This document shows, piece by piece, positions 47,608-58,214 of a stretch of 64,000 nt of DNA. Made by a program: the position numbers and the translations under genes. The first letter of the stretch is position 1, and every line of letters begins with the position of its first letter. The notes beneath the pieces were generated by a model, which did no database searches, had not been told where the DNA came from, and was given only the letters and a program-made list of their open reading frames with translations. The stretch is taken from contig CBDCOH010000002.1 of assembly GCA_965219685.1 (NCBI GenBank), positions 1,152,001 through 1,216,000 on the forward strand, written 5' to 3'. The DNA comes from Candidatus Spongiisociaceae bacterium (GTDB lineage Bacteria; Actinomycetota; Acidimicrobiia; Spongiisociales; Spongiisociaceae).

Positions 47608-49152
47608 CTAGCTGCCAACCCTGCTGATCGGGGTTCCCGCCGTGGCGGCCATCTCGTGGAGGACGAGACCCCTCCCGTCACAGGTCGGACAGGAGTCGGA
47701 GAAGGCCTCCACCAGCCCGCTCGACACGTTCTTGCGGGTCATCTCCACCAGACCGAGACTCGAGACGGAATGAACCTGCGTGGTGGTCTTGTCACGGGCC
47801 AGAGCGCTGCGAAGCCGGGTCAGGACCTCCTCGCGGTTCTTCTTGATCTCCATGTCGATGAAGTCGATCACGATGATCCCGCCAATGTCGCGCAGCCTCA
47901 ACTGGCGTGCGATCTCCTCGGCGGCCTCCAGGTTGTTGTGCAGCACCGTGTCCTCGAGGTTCTGCTTGCCGACGAACTTTCCGGTGTTCACATCGACCGC
48001 TGTCAGAGCCTCGGTGCGATCGATCACCAGATGCCCGCCGGAGGGGAGCCAGACCTTGCGATCCATCGCCCGCCGCAGTTGATCGTCGACCTGGAACCGT
48101 GTGAACAAGGTCTGGTCGCGTTCCTCGCTGTAGTGCACCTTCGACACCAGGCTCGGCGCCACCTCTTTCAGGTACTTGAGCAGTGCCTGGTAAGCGTCGT
48201 GGTCGTCGATCAGAAGCCTCCTGAACTCCTGGGTGAAGTGCTCCCGGATGGCCCGGATCAGCAGGCTCGGCTCCTTGTGAACGACCCGCGGCGCCGAACC
48301 GCCCTTCCTGGCCTCTTCGATCTTCCGCCAACGGGTGACGAGCCGCTCGATCTCGGACGCGATCTCCGCCTTGGAGGCCCCTGCCGCGGCGGTGCGGACG
48401 ATGACCCCGAACTTGTCGGGCTTCTGCGTCTCGATGACCTGGCGGAGGCGCACACGTTCCTTCTGCGGCAGCCGCCGCGAGATGCCCATCATGTTGTTGG
48501 ACGGGGACAGGACCAGATGGCGGCCCGGCAGGGTCACCTGGCTGGTCAGGCGGGGACCCTTCCCGCCCATCGCATCCTTGTCGACCTGCACCAGCAGACG
48601 CTGGCCCTGCTTGAGCAGTTGCTCGATCCGAGGGCCGCGTCCATGGGTGCGGCGCCCGGAGTTCAGGTCTCCGGCATAGATGACACCGTTCTTCTCGGTG
48701 CCGATGTCGACGAAGGCTGCTTCGAGGCCGGGGAGCACGCTCCGGACCCTGCCGACATATATGTTGCCCACCAGGGTCTCCTGGTCGGACCGGTGAACGT
48801 AGTGCTCCACCAGCAGCGGACCTTCCAGGACGACCACCTGGGTCTGGTGCGGCAACACCCTGACCAGCATCTGCTTGCGCCCGGCCAGCGGCAGCGGAAC
48901 AACGGTCTTGTGTTCCCGGCGATGCCTGGGAGGACCCTGCTTGTGTCTGCTCCTCTGACGGTCCGGTGACTTCTTCTTCCGGCGGCTGGCGGATCCCCCT
49001 CCCCTTGCCGGAGACTTGGGGGAGGGAAGCTCCCGTACTCTCCGGACCTTGACCGTCCTACCGCCGATCTTCCTGGTAGTCCGTTCTTCGGTGGATTCGT
49101 TGCCGACTCCGCGGCGAAGTACTTCGGCTGTTCTGCGCCGAAATAAAGGCAT
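47608..49152 (-). CDS. Rne/Rng-family ribonuclease
   Basis: GNIYVGRV, EAAFVDIG, KGPRLT, DVNTGK, LRLRDIGGIIVIDFIDM, CPTCDGRG; AGAAAGGAG RBS before ATG at 49152. Confidence 0.95.
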   Translation of the reverse strand: MPLFRRRTAEVLRRGVGNESTEERTTRKIGGRTVKVRRVRELPSPKSPARGGGSASRRKKKSPDRQRSRHKQGPPRHRREHKTVVPLPLAGRKQMLVRVLPHQTQVVVLEGPLLVEHYVHRSDQETLVGNIYVGRVRSVLPGLEAAFVDIGTEKNGVIYAGDLNSGRRTHGRGPRIEQLLKQGQRLLVQVDKDAMGGKGPRLTSQVTLPGRHLVLSPSNNMMGISRRLPQKERVRLRQVIETQKPDKFGVIVRTAAAGASKAEIASEIERLVTRWRKIEEARKGGSAPRVVHKEPSLLIRAIREHFTQEFRRLLIDDHDAYQALLKYLKEVAPSLVSKVHYSEERDQTLFTRFQVDDQLRRAMDRKVWLPSGGHLVIDRTEALTAVDVNTGKFVGKQNLEDTVLHNNLEAAEEIARQLRLRDIGGIIVIDFIDMEIKKNREEVLTRLRSALARDKTTTQVHSVSSLGLVEMTRKNVSSGLVEAFSDSCPTCDGRGLVLHEMAATAGTPISRVGS

Positions 49153-49820
49153 GCGTTCTAACTCCTTGCGTGATTGTGGTGGCCGCGCGGGCAACCCTCG
49201 GAGGTCCGATGGGTGATGGAGCGGCGAGACAAGAGCCTCCAGACCTGCCTTCATGCACTCTGGTTGCATCGGCTGGACCCGGTCGCCCGTCAGCGCGGTT
49301 CTTTCTACTTGTACCCGGTGGTCCGGACTCGCTCCGGACGGGTTTGCTGAGCCTGCACTCCACACCGGTCCCCGCTGCTGCAGCCGGTTCCGCGTGTGTG
49401 AATTCGATTAAGCAGCCCGCGCGGACCCGAACTATCGACGAAACGTCACGCTGGTCGGGGCTGGTCTGGGTGCTCACAGGTCTTCGTGTTCCACAGTTCC
49501 TCGTGATGCCGGGCGTGCGCCGAATCCAGCGATGAATCGGAGTGGGCCTCCAAGCGTGGACAAGGCGGTCATCGCGGGCCAGGCTCATAGCAGACCGCAC
49601 GAGCGGTCCTGAGCAGCCTAGCAGCCCGCTCCGGACTGAGGATCATTCGACTCTACCGGTACGGTCCCCCGCCGGCGGATGACCTGCAACGGTAGTTCCA
49701 AGCCATCCGAAAGAAGTGATTGCTCTTAACTGTTGGTAAACAAAGACATTCGCTAAATCCTTGACCCCAGATAAGTCAGTCTTATCCAATTATCAACTAC
49801 CAACCAATCAATCAATCGGT

Positions 49821-50990
49821 CTAGCGCAGTTGTTGGAACTCCCCCACCGGCGTCCGGGAGCGCCACACGGAGTTCACGATGCCCAGGCCGCCCGCCATGG
49901 CGATCATCGCCGAACCACCGGCGCTCAGGAATGGCAGTGGCAGACCGGTCACCGGTACCAGCCCGATCGTCATACCGATGTTGACGAAGATGTGGAAGGA
50001 GAGCAGGGAGGCCATTCCCACGGCGATGAGGACGCCGAACCGGCTGGGTGCTCCGGCGGCCACCATCAGGACCCGCCACACCAGGATCGAGTAGACGATG
50101 AGCACCGCCGAGCCACCGATGAACCCGAACTGCTCCCCGACGGCTGTGAAGATGAAGTCGGTGGTCTGCGACGGGATGAAGCTAAGCCTGGTCTGGGTCC
50201 CCTGGAAAAGGCCTCGACCGAACAACTGGCCCGACCCGATGGCGATCTGGGACTGGTACAGGTTCCAGTTGACGCCCTGGAGGTCGTAGGTCTGGTCGAA
50301 GTAGCCGGCGAGTCGCTGCATCTGGTAAGTGCGCAACACCTCCAGCTGGAACACGGCTACGATACCGGCCGCACCGGCGATCAGCAGCACCACAATCTGC
50401 CTGATGCCGGTTCCGGCCACGAACAGCATCCCGACGGTGATGAAACCGATGACCAGCATCGTTCCCAGGTCGGGCTGCCGGAAGATCAGGAATCCGGGAA
50501 TGGCGGTCAGCAGCAGCGCCACCCCCAGGCGTCTCCATTTGAGCCTGCGCTCCGACTCGGCGGCCAGGAACGCGGCCAGGACGACGACCAGGGCAACCTT
50601 GGCGAACTCGGAGGGCTGGAACTGGAAGGGTCCTATCGGGATCCACCGGGAGGCGCCCTGGTGCGGAGGGAAGAACAGGACCGCTACCAGCAGGAAGACC
50701 GTCGACACGTAGATCGGGATCAGCAGGCGCCGGTAGTGGCGGTAGTCGAACAGCGATCCGGCGATGAACGCGGCTAGGGCCAGACCTGCGAACACGAACT
50801 GCCGCCGCATGGCTGCTGAGGGATCTCCGATCTCAGCCTCCAGCCGCACGAAGGTAGCCGAGTACACCATAATCCCGCTGAGGGCCATGAGGCCGGCCAT
50901 AAGGATGAACATGACCACGTCGGGCGTGGGTCTGGGGCGGTCCCGGAAGAGTCCGCCCACCCCTTCCAATGTGCGACTTACGACCGCCAT
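49821..50990 (-). CDS. rodA: Rod shape-determining protein RodA
   Basis: FQPSEFAK, QPDLGT, QSQIAIGSG, TDFIF, PVTGLPLPFLSAGGS. Confidence 0.95.
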   Translation of the reverse strand: MAVVSRTLEGVGGLFRDRPRPTPDVVMFILMAGLMALSGIMVYSATFVRLEAEIGDPSAAMRRQFVFAGLALAAFIAGSLFDYRHYRRLLIPIYVSTVFLLVAVLFFPPHQGASRWIPIGPFQFQPSEFAKVALVVVLAAFLAAESERRLKWRRLGVALLLTAIPGFLIFRQPDLGTMLVIGFITVGMLFVAGTGIRQIVVLLIAGAAGIVAVFQLEVLRTYQMQRLAGYFDQTYDLQGVNWNLYQSQIAIGSGQLFGRGLFQGTQTRLSFIPSQTTDFIFTAVGEQFGFIGGSAVLIVYSILVWRVLMVAAGAPSRFGVLIAVGMASLLSFHIFVNIGMTIGLVPVTGLPLPFLSAGGSAMIAMAGGLGIVNSVWRSRTPVGEFQQLR

Positions 50991-51035
50991 CGGTCCTGCG
51001 GCCTGACTGTCGAGCGGTTCATCTGCCCGCGCCTC

Positions 51036-52985
51036 CTAACGTTCCGTGTCCTCGCCGGCCTCCAGGGCGGTCACCGGCTCGCCCAGGAGGTACTGGAAGA
51101 TAGCCCGCGCTGCGGGGGCTGCGACCGCCCCGCCTGATCCTCCCTCGTCGACCATTACGACCACCACCCACAGCGGGTCGTCGATGGGCGCCACCCCTAT
51201 GAACCAGGCCGTGGAGTCGTGGAAGGTCCCGTCCTGGTCCGTGAAGGCCTGGGCGGTGCCGGTCTTGCCGCCGATCTGCCCGGCCACGGGTCCCATGTTG
51301 GCGAAGGCTCTCCGGGCCGTCCCGCCGCTGATCACGGAGGCCAGGTCGGTCCGCAGGTTCTCCACCGTGTCCGCATGAATGTCGACCGTGCGCAGCACGC
51401 GGGGCTCCATCGTGCGGATCACCTGGCCGTCTGCGGACTCGAGACGATCGGCTACCCGAGGCTGGTAGACGGTTCCGCCGTTCACAGCCGAGGCATACGC
51501 CACGGCCATCTGTATGGGTGTGGCGAGGATCGGCCCCTGGCCGACCACCAGGTTCATTAGGTCGCCCCCCAGCCAGCCCTCCCGGCGAACGCGCCAGGGC
51601 TGGCTCTCACGCCACTCCTCGAACAGTTGCCGGTCTCCCAGTATTCCTTCGTTCTCGAAGGGAAGGTCCACCTGGGTGGCCCTTCCCAGGCCGAGGCTCC
51701 GCGCCCAGTCCTGGACCATTCCCTCCTGTGGGGTGAGCTTGTAGGCGTCCCATATGGAGATGGCGATCTCCCAGAAGTAGATGTTGCAGGAACGCCGGAT
51801 CGCATCGTGGAGGTCCTGGTATCCGTCCGCTTCGGGGTAGGTCCAGTTGCGCCAGACGAGCTGGGAGCGATCGACGAAGTCGGCTTCGAGTTGGGGCGAA
51901 CACTGGATCGCCTCGTCGGGGGAGGACACTCCCTCGGGGAAGATCCCCTCTTCGAGAGCGGTCACGTACGTGATCGTCTTGAAGGTGGACGCCGGGGGCT
52001 TGAGACCCTGGATGACCAGGTTGTTGAAGGCTTGGCGGCTGGACAGCTCCTCGAATGTCTCGATGTCGATGCCTCCGACGAAGGACTCCGGTTCGAACGT
52101 CGGGTAAGACGCCATGGCGAGGATCGCCCCGGTCTTGACCTCCATCACCAAAGCCGCCGCTCTCTCCGCCGGCCCGGGTATACGCCCCGAGTCGGTGGGT
52201 TCCCGCTCGTCCTTCAGGGTGTTGGAAAGCTCGATGGCCTCGACGAGTATCCCCTCCACCGCCTCCTGGATGGGTATGTCGAGGGTCAGGCGCAGCGTCG
52301 CGCCCTGGAGCGCCTCCACGGGATCGCCAACCACGTCGAGGACGTCGCCCTGGGCGTTGATCCGGTAGGCGACCTTCCCGGGCGTGCCTTGGAGGAAGTC
52401 GTCGTACTCCCTCTCGACGCCCAGCTTCCCGATGGGCGTGTTGGCGTCCATCTGCGGGAGCCTTTCCAGGTCGGCGGCCGAGGGTAGCCCGATGTGGCCG
52501 AGAACGTGTCCCATCAGCTGCCCGCGCAGATACCCGCGGACCGGAAGTGCCTTCACGGTCACGCCGGGCAGGCTGCGACGTTGCTCCATCACCACGTACG
52601 CCGTGTCCGTGTCGACCAGGAACTCGGTCAGCAGAGCCACCTCTCCCGACCGGGCCCGTTCGACCTGGCCCCTCACCTCCACCGGTGACACGTCGAGGAT
52701 GGCCGCCAGTCTCTGGATGACGTCGTTCTCGACCTCGATCGGCAGCTCGGCCCGATCGACCTCCAGGACTAGTTGGGGGCGCGACGTGGCCAGCAGGATC
52801 CCGTTCGTGTCCACGATGTTGCCCCTGGGCGCGGCGATCGATTCGACCCGAACGATGTTCTGGTCGGCCTGGCGGGCCCATTCCGGTCCCACGGCCAGCT
52901 GGACGAACCAGAGCCTGATGAACAGGACCGTGAAACCTGCAGTGAACAGAACCGCCAGCAGCCCCACCCTCAGGGTCGGCTTCAT
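51036..52985 (-). CDS. mrdA: Penicillin-binding protein 2
   Basis: APRGNIVD, PASTFK (SxxK), SCN, KTGTAQ; within the mre operon. Confidence 0.93.
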   Translation of the reverse strand: MKPTLRVGLLAVLFTAGFTVLFIRLWFVQLAVGPEWARQADQNIVRVESIAAPRGNIVDTNGILLATSRPQLVLEVDRAELPIEVENDVIQRLAAILDVSPVEVRGQVERARSGEVALLTEFLVDTDTAYVVMEQRRSLPGVTVKALPVRGYLRGQLMGHVLGHIGLPSAADLERLPQMDANTPIGKLGVEREYDDFLQGTPGKVAYRINAQGDVLDVVGDPVEALQGATLRLTLDIPIQEAVEGILVEAIELSNTLKDEREPTDSGRIPGPAERAAALVMEVKTGAILAMASYPTFEPESFVGGIDIETFEELSSRQAFNNLVIQGLKPPASTFKTITYVTALEEGIFPEGVSSPDEAIQCSPQLEADFVDRSQLVWRNWTYPEADGYQDLHDAIRRSCNIYFWEIAISIWDAYKLTPQEGMVQDWARSLGLGRATQVDLPFENEGILGDRQLFEEWRESQPWRVRREGWLGGDLMNLVVGQGPILATPIQMAVAYASAVNGGTVYQPRVADRLESADGQVIRTMEPRVLRTVDIHADTVENLRTDLASVISGGTARRAFANMGPVAGQIGGKTGTAQAFTDQDGTFHDSTAWFIGVAPIDDPLWVVVVMVDEGGSGGAVAAPAARAIFQYLLGEPVTALEAGEDTER

Positions 52986-53046
52986 CGGGTTCTCCGTGCT
53001 CGGCGAGTTCGATGCCGGACGCGGCAACAGCGGGGCCTTGGTCGTC

Positions 53047-53568
53047 TCATATCGGCGTTCCGGGCCGGGAGTACCTGGGCGCCAGGCGGGTTCCGTACAG
53101 CCAGGTGGTCATCGGGAGCACCGCGAGAGCCAGGACCGTGTTGTATGCCGGCACCAGCACCAAGGTCCTGACGATTCCCGGCGACGCCAGCGTGCCCTCG
53201 CCGAAGAGCGTACCGATCAGGGCCACGGTGGCGATCCCGATAAAGGTGATCCCGCCGACTGCCGAGACGGCGAAGTAGAGCCCGTAGTTGAAGCGGTCGC
53301 CCACCCTCACGGTTGCATAGGCTGCCAGCGTGTAGGCCAGGGCATGGAGTCCGAGTGGCGCGGTTCCGAACAGGTCGAGCATCAGGCCTCCGATGAAACC
53401 CAGCAGGACGGCCGCCTCCGGCTTCGACCAGTGCCCGCAGGCGATCACCATCAGCAGCAAGACGTCGGGACTCGCGCCGAACGGGCGCACCGCGCGGAAT
53501 ATGGTGGTCTGCACCAGCACGGCCACGAGCACGAGGGTCAGCGAGACGACCAGGCGCCATACGGTCAC
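53047..53568 (-). CDS. mreD: Rod shape-determining protein MreD
   Basis: Hydrophobic; PDVLLL and GFIGGLMLD; synteny. Confidence 0.9.
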   Translation of the reverse strand: MTVWRLVVSLTLVLVAVLVQTTIFRAVRPFGASPDVLLLMVIACGHWSKPEAAVLLGFIGGLMLDLFGTAPLGLHALAYTLAAYATVRVGDRFNYGLYFAVSAVGGITFIGIATVALIGTLFGEGTLASPGIVRTLVLVPAYNTVLALAVLPMTTWLYGTRLAPRYSRPGTPI

Positions 53569-54539
53569 TGGCCGCCCTCCTCCTCGAGGCCGGTGGAGGG
53601 ATCCACCGGGACCGGGTCTTCCGTGTTGGCAGGAATCTCGGTCTCGCTCTCCAGCTGGTCCGGAGCGGGAGGCCAGGGGATCACCACCACGTACTCGACA
53701 TCCTCGATGTCGCCGATCGGGTCCACGTCGACGCTGAGGACGCCGGACCGGGGTGAAGCCGAGTCGGCAACCAGCCCCACGTCGAGACCCTTCGGATAGG
53801 AGACGGATTCGCCGTACGGGCCGAAGGTTGTGAGAAGCTCACCCTTGCGGACCGGGTACCGCGCATTGAGGATTGTCAGGGACAGGGCATCGGTGCCCTC
53901 GCCCTCCACTATCCCTCTCCGTCCGTTGGCCAGCCGGACCGTCACTCCTGGCGCTTTGCGCGATGTGATCGGGATCACCGTCGCGGTCTGCTCGCTCGCC
54001 TCGGAGACGACGCCTATCAGAGCACCCTTGCCGTCCAGTACCGGCTGGCCGGGGTGGACGCCGTCGTCGGTTCCCCGATCGATGAGCATGGTCGGGTCCA
54101 GCGTGCCTCCCCGACCGGTGACCTCAGCGTTCACCGCCAACTCGTGCAGGTTGTCCTCGAGACGCAGGCCGAGCAGCACGTTGAGCTGATCGACCTGGTC
54201 CTCGAGGTGTCCGACGCGAACCACCTCGCGCTCCAGTTCCCCGATACGGGTCCTGAGCCGTTCGTTCTCGTCGCGCAGGCCTGCAAGATTGGCGACCCCG
54301 TCGGTGAAGTCCACCAGCGGCGTCACCACCGCATTGGCCCCCGCCTGGACGGGAGCAACGATGTATTGCGCCGCGTTGCGCAGGGTGGTGCCGATCCCGC
54401 GGTTGGAGGACCGGATGTCGTACGTCATCAGTATCAGGGACACGATCAGCAGCCCGATCGCAACGTATGCCGATCGGTCGGTCTCGATCCGAGATGACCT
54501 TGGTCTGGCGATCGGGTGCCTGGAGGCGGCCGCGCCCAT
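53565..54539 (-). CDS. mreC: Rod shape-determining protein MreC
   Basis: TM helix, coiled coil LRDENERLR, IDRGTDDGV, YPKGL; start uncertain (54539 or 54572). Confidence 0.92.
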   Translation of the reverse strand: MGAAASRHPIARPRSSRIETDRSAYVAIGLLIVSLILMTYDIRSSNRGIGTTLRNAAQYIVAPVQAGANAVVTPLVDFTDGVANLAGLRDENERLRTRIGELEREVVRVGHLEDQVDQLNVLLGLRLEDNLHELAVNAEVTGRGGTLDPTMLIDRGTDDGVHPGQPVLDGKGALIGVVSEASEQTATVIPITSRKAPGVTVRLANGRRGIVEGEGTDALSLTILNARYPVRKGELLTTFGPYGESVSYPKGLDVGLVADSASPRSGVLSVDVDPIGDIEDVEYVVVIPWPPAPDQLESETEIPANTEDPVPVDPSTGLEEEGGQ

Positions 54540-54665
54540 GCCCCGGCGTGCGGATCCGAACCGCGATCTCACGGGTGCGGGCTGTGGATGTGCGGGGTCG
54601 ACCTGCGGCGGGGGGAGGTCCTGTGGATTCCGGGTAGCCGACGATGGCTACGGTCCGGCATCCCG

Positions 54666-55697
54666 TCAGGGACGACCCGACGAGTCGAGAACCGTGTGCA
54701 GCACGTCGTACTCCTCGAGACACTTCCCAGACCCGATCACGACGGACTGGAGCGGGCGTTCGGCGGTGCTCACCATCATCCCCGTCTCGAAGGCTATGCG
54801 GTGTGTCAGGGCCTTCAGCAGAGCGCCGCCCCCTGTGAGGACGATTCCGATGTCCATAAGATCCGCCGCCAACTCGGGGGGCGTGTTGTCGAGGGTCACC
54901 CGTACGGCATCGACTATCGCCGACACCGGCTCCTCGATCGCCGTGCGCACCTCGGAAGCACTGATGAGAATCGTCTTCGGCAGCCCGGACATGAGGTCCC
55001 GGCCACGTACCTCGGCGCTCGGCTCGTCCTGGAAGGGGTATGCCGAGCCGATGGTCATCTTGATCTGCTCGGCGGTCCGCAAGCCCAGCAGGAGGTTGTG
55101 TTCCTTCTTCACCCACTCGACGATCCGCTCGTCCATCTCGTCGCCGCCCACCCGGATGCTCTTCGACACGACGATGCCACCTAGCGCGATCACCGCGACC
55201 TCTGTGGTGCCTCCCCCGATATCGACCACCATCGACCCGATCGGTTCGTTGACGGGCAGCGCGCAGCCGATGGCAGCCGCCATCGGTTCGTCGACTGTGA
55301 AGGCCCTGCGCGCCCCGGCGTGATAGGCGGCCTCCTCGACCGCTCGCCGCTCGACTCCGGTGATACCCGAGGGTACGCAGATGACGATCCTCGGCTTCGC
55401 CCAGCGGCGCCTGTGTACCCGCTGGATGAAGTACCGCAGCATCCGCTCGGTGATGTCGAAGTCGGCGATCACCCCGTCGCGGAGAGGCCGGATCGCCTTC
55501 ACGTAGGAGGGGGTGCGGCCGATCATGCGCTTTGCATCCATCCCCACCGCCAAGGCCTCGTTGGTGTGGGTGTTGATCGCCACCACCGACGGCTCGTTCA
55601 GGACGACACCCCGGTTCCGTACGTACACGAGGGTGTTGGCGGTCCCGAGATCCACGGCCATGTCCTGGCCCGCGATAGTGAAGAAATTATCGGGCAT
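54666..55697 (-). CDS. mreB: Rod shape-determining protein MreB
   Basis: DLGTANT, RPLRDGVIADF, DIGGGTTEVAV, LTGGGALL. Confidence 0.97.
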   Translation of the reverse strand: MPDNFFTIAGQDMAVDLGTANTLVYVRNRGVVLNEPSVVAINTHTNEALAVGMDAKRMIGRTPSYVKAIRPLRDGVIADFDITERMLRYFIQRVHRRRWAKPRIVICVPSGITGVERRAVEEAAYHAGARRAFTVDEPMAAAIGCALPVNEPIGSMVVDIGGGTTEVAVIALGGIVVSKSIRVGGDEMDERIVEWVKKEHNLLLGLRTAEQIKMTIGSAYPFQDEPSAEVRGRDLMSGLPKTILISASEVRTAIEEPVSAIVDAVRVTLDNTPPELAADLMDIGIVLTGGGALLKALTHRIAFETGMMVSTAERPLQSVVIGSGKCLEEYDVLHTVLDSSGRP

Positions 55698-55790
55698 ATC
55701 TAGACCCCGGGTAAGCGGTGCACGTTGATTCTAGCCGGTCCGCCGGCCTGACCCATCCGGGGAGAGACACTTATCCGCGGCGCTCACCGG

Positions 55791-56195
55791 CTAACCGAAC
55801 CATATCGCGAGTTCCCGCTCCGCGCTATCGGGGCTGTCCGACCCGTGCACGATGTTCTCCTGCACGTCGAGTCCGAAGTCGCCCCTGATCGTTCCGGGCG
55901 GTGCGTGGACCGGATCGGTGCTCCCGATCATGGTACGGGCGACCGTCACGGCCGACTCTCCCGACCACTGCATGGCGACCACCGGTCCGGAGGTGATGAA
56001 GTCGATGAGGCCAGTGTAGAACGACCTCTGCCGGTGCTCGGCGTAGTGGCGCTCAGCGATCTCCCCTCCGGGGACGGACAGCTCCATACGCTCGAGCGAC
56101 AGTCCCTTGGCCTCGAATCGTGCGATCACCTCCCCTACGAGACGGCGCCGGACGCCGTCCGGCTTGACCATTATGAAAGTGCTCTGGTGGGGCAT
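55791..56195 (-). CDS. ndk: Nucleoside diphosphate kinase
   Basis: MVKPDGV, PGTIRGDFG, NIVHGSDS; ATG at 56195. Confidence 0.96.
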   Translation of the reverse strand: MPHQSTFIMVKPDGVRRRLVGEVIARFEAKGLSLERMELSVPGGEIAERHYAEHRQRSFYTGLIDFITSGPVVAMQWSGESAVTVARTMIGSTDPVHAPPGTIRGDFGLDVQENIVHGSDSPDSAERELAIWFG

Positions 56196-56394
56196 CCTCG
56201 GGCGTTCCTCCCTTTTCGGTCGGTGAGCGGTGCCGGTCGGCGAGCGTCTCCCCGGGGCGTTCACGCGAGCAACAGAAACCTGGGGTGCATTCTAGGAGGA
56301 CGCCGAAGGACTATCTATCGGGGGTCGCTGCTCGGTGAACCACCTGGTGTCAGCGCTGCCAGTTGCCCGCGAACCCCTCTCGCACGGGCTTTCA

Positions 56395-56710
56395 GCCGCT
56401 GGGGTGCCCCAAGTCCCTGGCCCGCTGTGCAACCGCAGCGCGGTAGACCATCGACCGGACACCCGACCGCTCGCAGCGCCGCGGGTACCGAGCGCTTCGT
56501 AACGAGGGGGTTGTCCGTGTCACGGTCACGCTGCATACTGGTGAGTAGCCGTAAACACCACCGGTCCGTTCACGGTACCGATCGGACCGGGGCGGGGATC
56601 ATCTTGTTGGGTGCCGGGGATGGCCGGGACGCGTGCGGAGACTTCGGAGGTGGCGGTCGGGGGCGGGCCCGCCGGAGGGGTCCGGTCGGGGGTTTTTCGC
56701 GTTCTCGGTT
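56395..56710 (-). repeat. Uninterrupted copy of the dispersed repeat targeted by IS110
   Basis: Reverse complement is collinear with 38912-38928 plus 40411-40690. Confidence 0.8.
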
Positions 56711-56891
56711 GCGCCGGGTTGCCTGGTGGGATGGCCGGTACGTCCCGGAAACCTGCAACGAGTCCAGGAACCAGGACACCCAGGAGGTGCCGGCGGAACC
56801 GTACGTGACTTACTCGTTCGCCGGGCGAACATTGTTGACCCGGCGTCCGGCACGAGGCAGCCGGCGGGATCCGCCCCTACGCCGCTCCCTC

Positions 56892-58202
56892 CTACCGTAC
56901 GAGACACGACCGGGCTTCACCGGCCACGTACAGCGAGCCGGCGACCAGGATGGCCTCGTCCTCCGCGGTCCAATCCCGCGCTATGTCCAAGGCCTGGGCC
57001 ACATCGGCGGCGGACGAGACCGGCACCCCGGGCAGCACGCGGTCGATGACGCTCACGAGCTCGTCGGGCCGGGTCGCCCGCTCGTGGTCGACGGCCGTGG
57101 CGATCACCTTGGCGGCGAGACCGGCGAAGGGGACCAGCATGGCGGTGATGTCCTTGTCGCGGAAGGCTCCGATCACCAGGGTCCATGCCACCGGGGGCAG
57201 TTCCTCGAGCAGCGTCCGGACAAGCGCCTGGCAGGACTCGGGGTTGTGCGCCCCGTCGATCACGACCAGAGGCGAGCGGGCCACCACTTCGATTCGGGCG
57301 GGCACGCGCACCGCGGCCAGACCCTCCTGGACAGCGTCCGGAGCGAGGGGTTGGCCCAGGAGTTGTTCGACCGCAGCCACTGCGATCGCCGCGTTGTCCA
57401 CCTGATGCCGCCCGTGCAGGGGCATGTAGAGATCCTCGTAATAGCCGTGCACACCGTCGAGGTCGAATGCCCAACCGCCGACCGACATGCGGAGGTCCTC
57501 GATACGGAAGTCACGTCCCAGCGAATACCGGGGCACACCCGTCGCTGCGGTCTTCCGGTCCGCGACCGCGGCCACCTTCCCGTCGAGATGCCCGGTCACG
57601 AGGACACTCCCCGGCTTGACAATCTCGAGTTTCTCACGCGCGATCTCCGCACGCGTGTTCCCCAGGTACTCGGCGTGATCGATCGAGACCCCGGTGAGCA
57701 CGGCCACGGCGGCGTCCAGGACGTTGGTGGCGTCGAGCCGGCCTCCCATGCCCACCTCCACAACTGCGGCATCGACCGCCTCGTTGGCGAAGTAGGCGAA
57801 GGCGGCCGCGGTGGTGAGCTCGAAATAGGTGGCGCGCTCCCCTCTCTCCCGCTCCAGGATGTCCACGAACGGTGCGACGTCGGCCACGGCCTGGGCGAAC
57901 TCTCCGGGGTTGGCGATCTCACCCCCGACGGTGAGGCGTTCCTCTATCCGTTGCAGGTGCGGCGAGGTGTAGGTCCCGGTCCTGAGGCCCAGGCGGTCCA
58001 CGATGGACGCAGCGGCGCGGGTGGTGGTCGTCTTGCCGTTTGTGCCGGCGACGTGGATGGCCGGATACCCCAGGTGGGGTGAACCCATGATCGCCACGAG
58101 ATGTCTTATGCGCTCCAGCCCAGGCTTCCATCCGAGCTCGATATGGCGATCCAGGAAGGCGACCGCCTCGTCGTAGTTCAAGCGACCATCACGGGAGGAC
58201 AT
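56892..58202 (-). CDS. folC: Bifunctional folylpolyglutamate synthase/dihydrofolate synthase
   Basis: HVAGTNGKT, YTSPHL, EVGMGGRLDATN, DGAHN, AGSLY. Confidence 0.96.
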   Translation of the reverse strand: MSSRDGRLNYDEAVAFLDRHIELGWKPGLERIRHLVAIMGSPHLGYPAIHVAGTNGKTTTTRAAASIVDRLGLRTGTYTSPHLQRIEERLTVGGEIANPGEFAQAVADVAPFVDILERERGERATYFELTTAAAFAYFANEAVDAAVVEVGMGGRLDATNVLDAAVAVLTGVSIDHAEYLGNTRAEIAREKLEIVKPGSVLVTGHLDGKVAAVADRKTAATGVPRYSLGRDFRIEDLRMSVGGWAFDLDGVHGYYEDLYMPLHGRHQVDNAAIAVAAVEQLLGQPLAPDAVQEGLAAVRVPARIEVVARSPLVVIDGAHNPESCQALVRTLLEELPPVAWTLVIGAFRDKDITAMLVPFAGLAAKVIATAVDHERATRPDELVSVIDRVLPGVPVSSAADVAQALDIARDWTAEDEAILVAGSLYVAGEARSCLVR

Positions 58203-58214
58203 CGTAGTGGTCAA

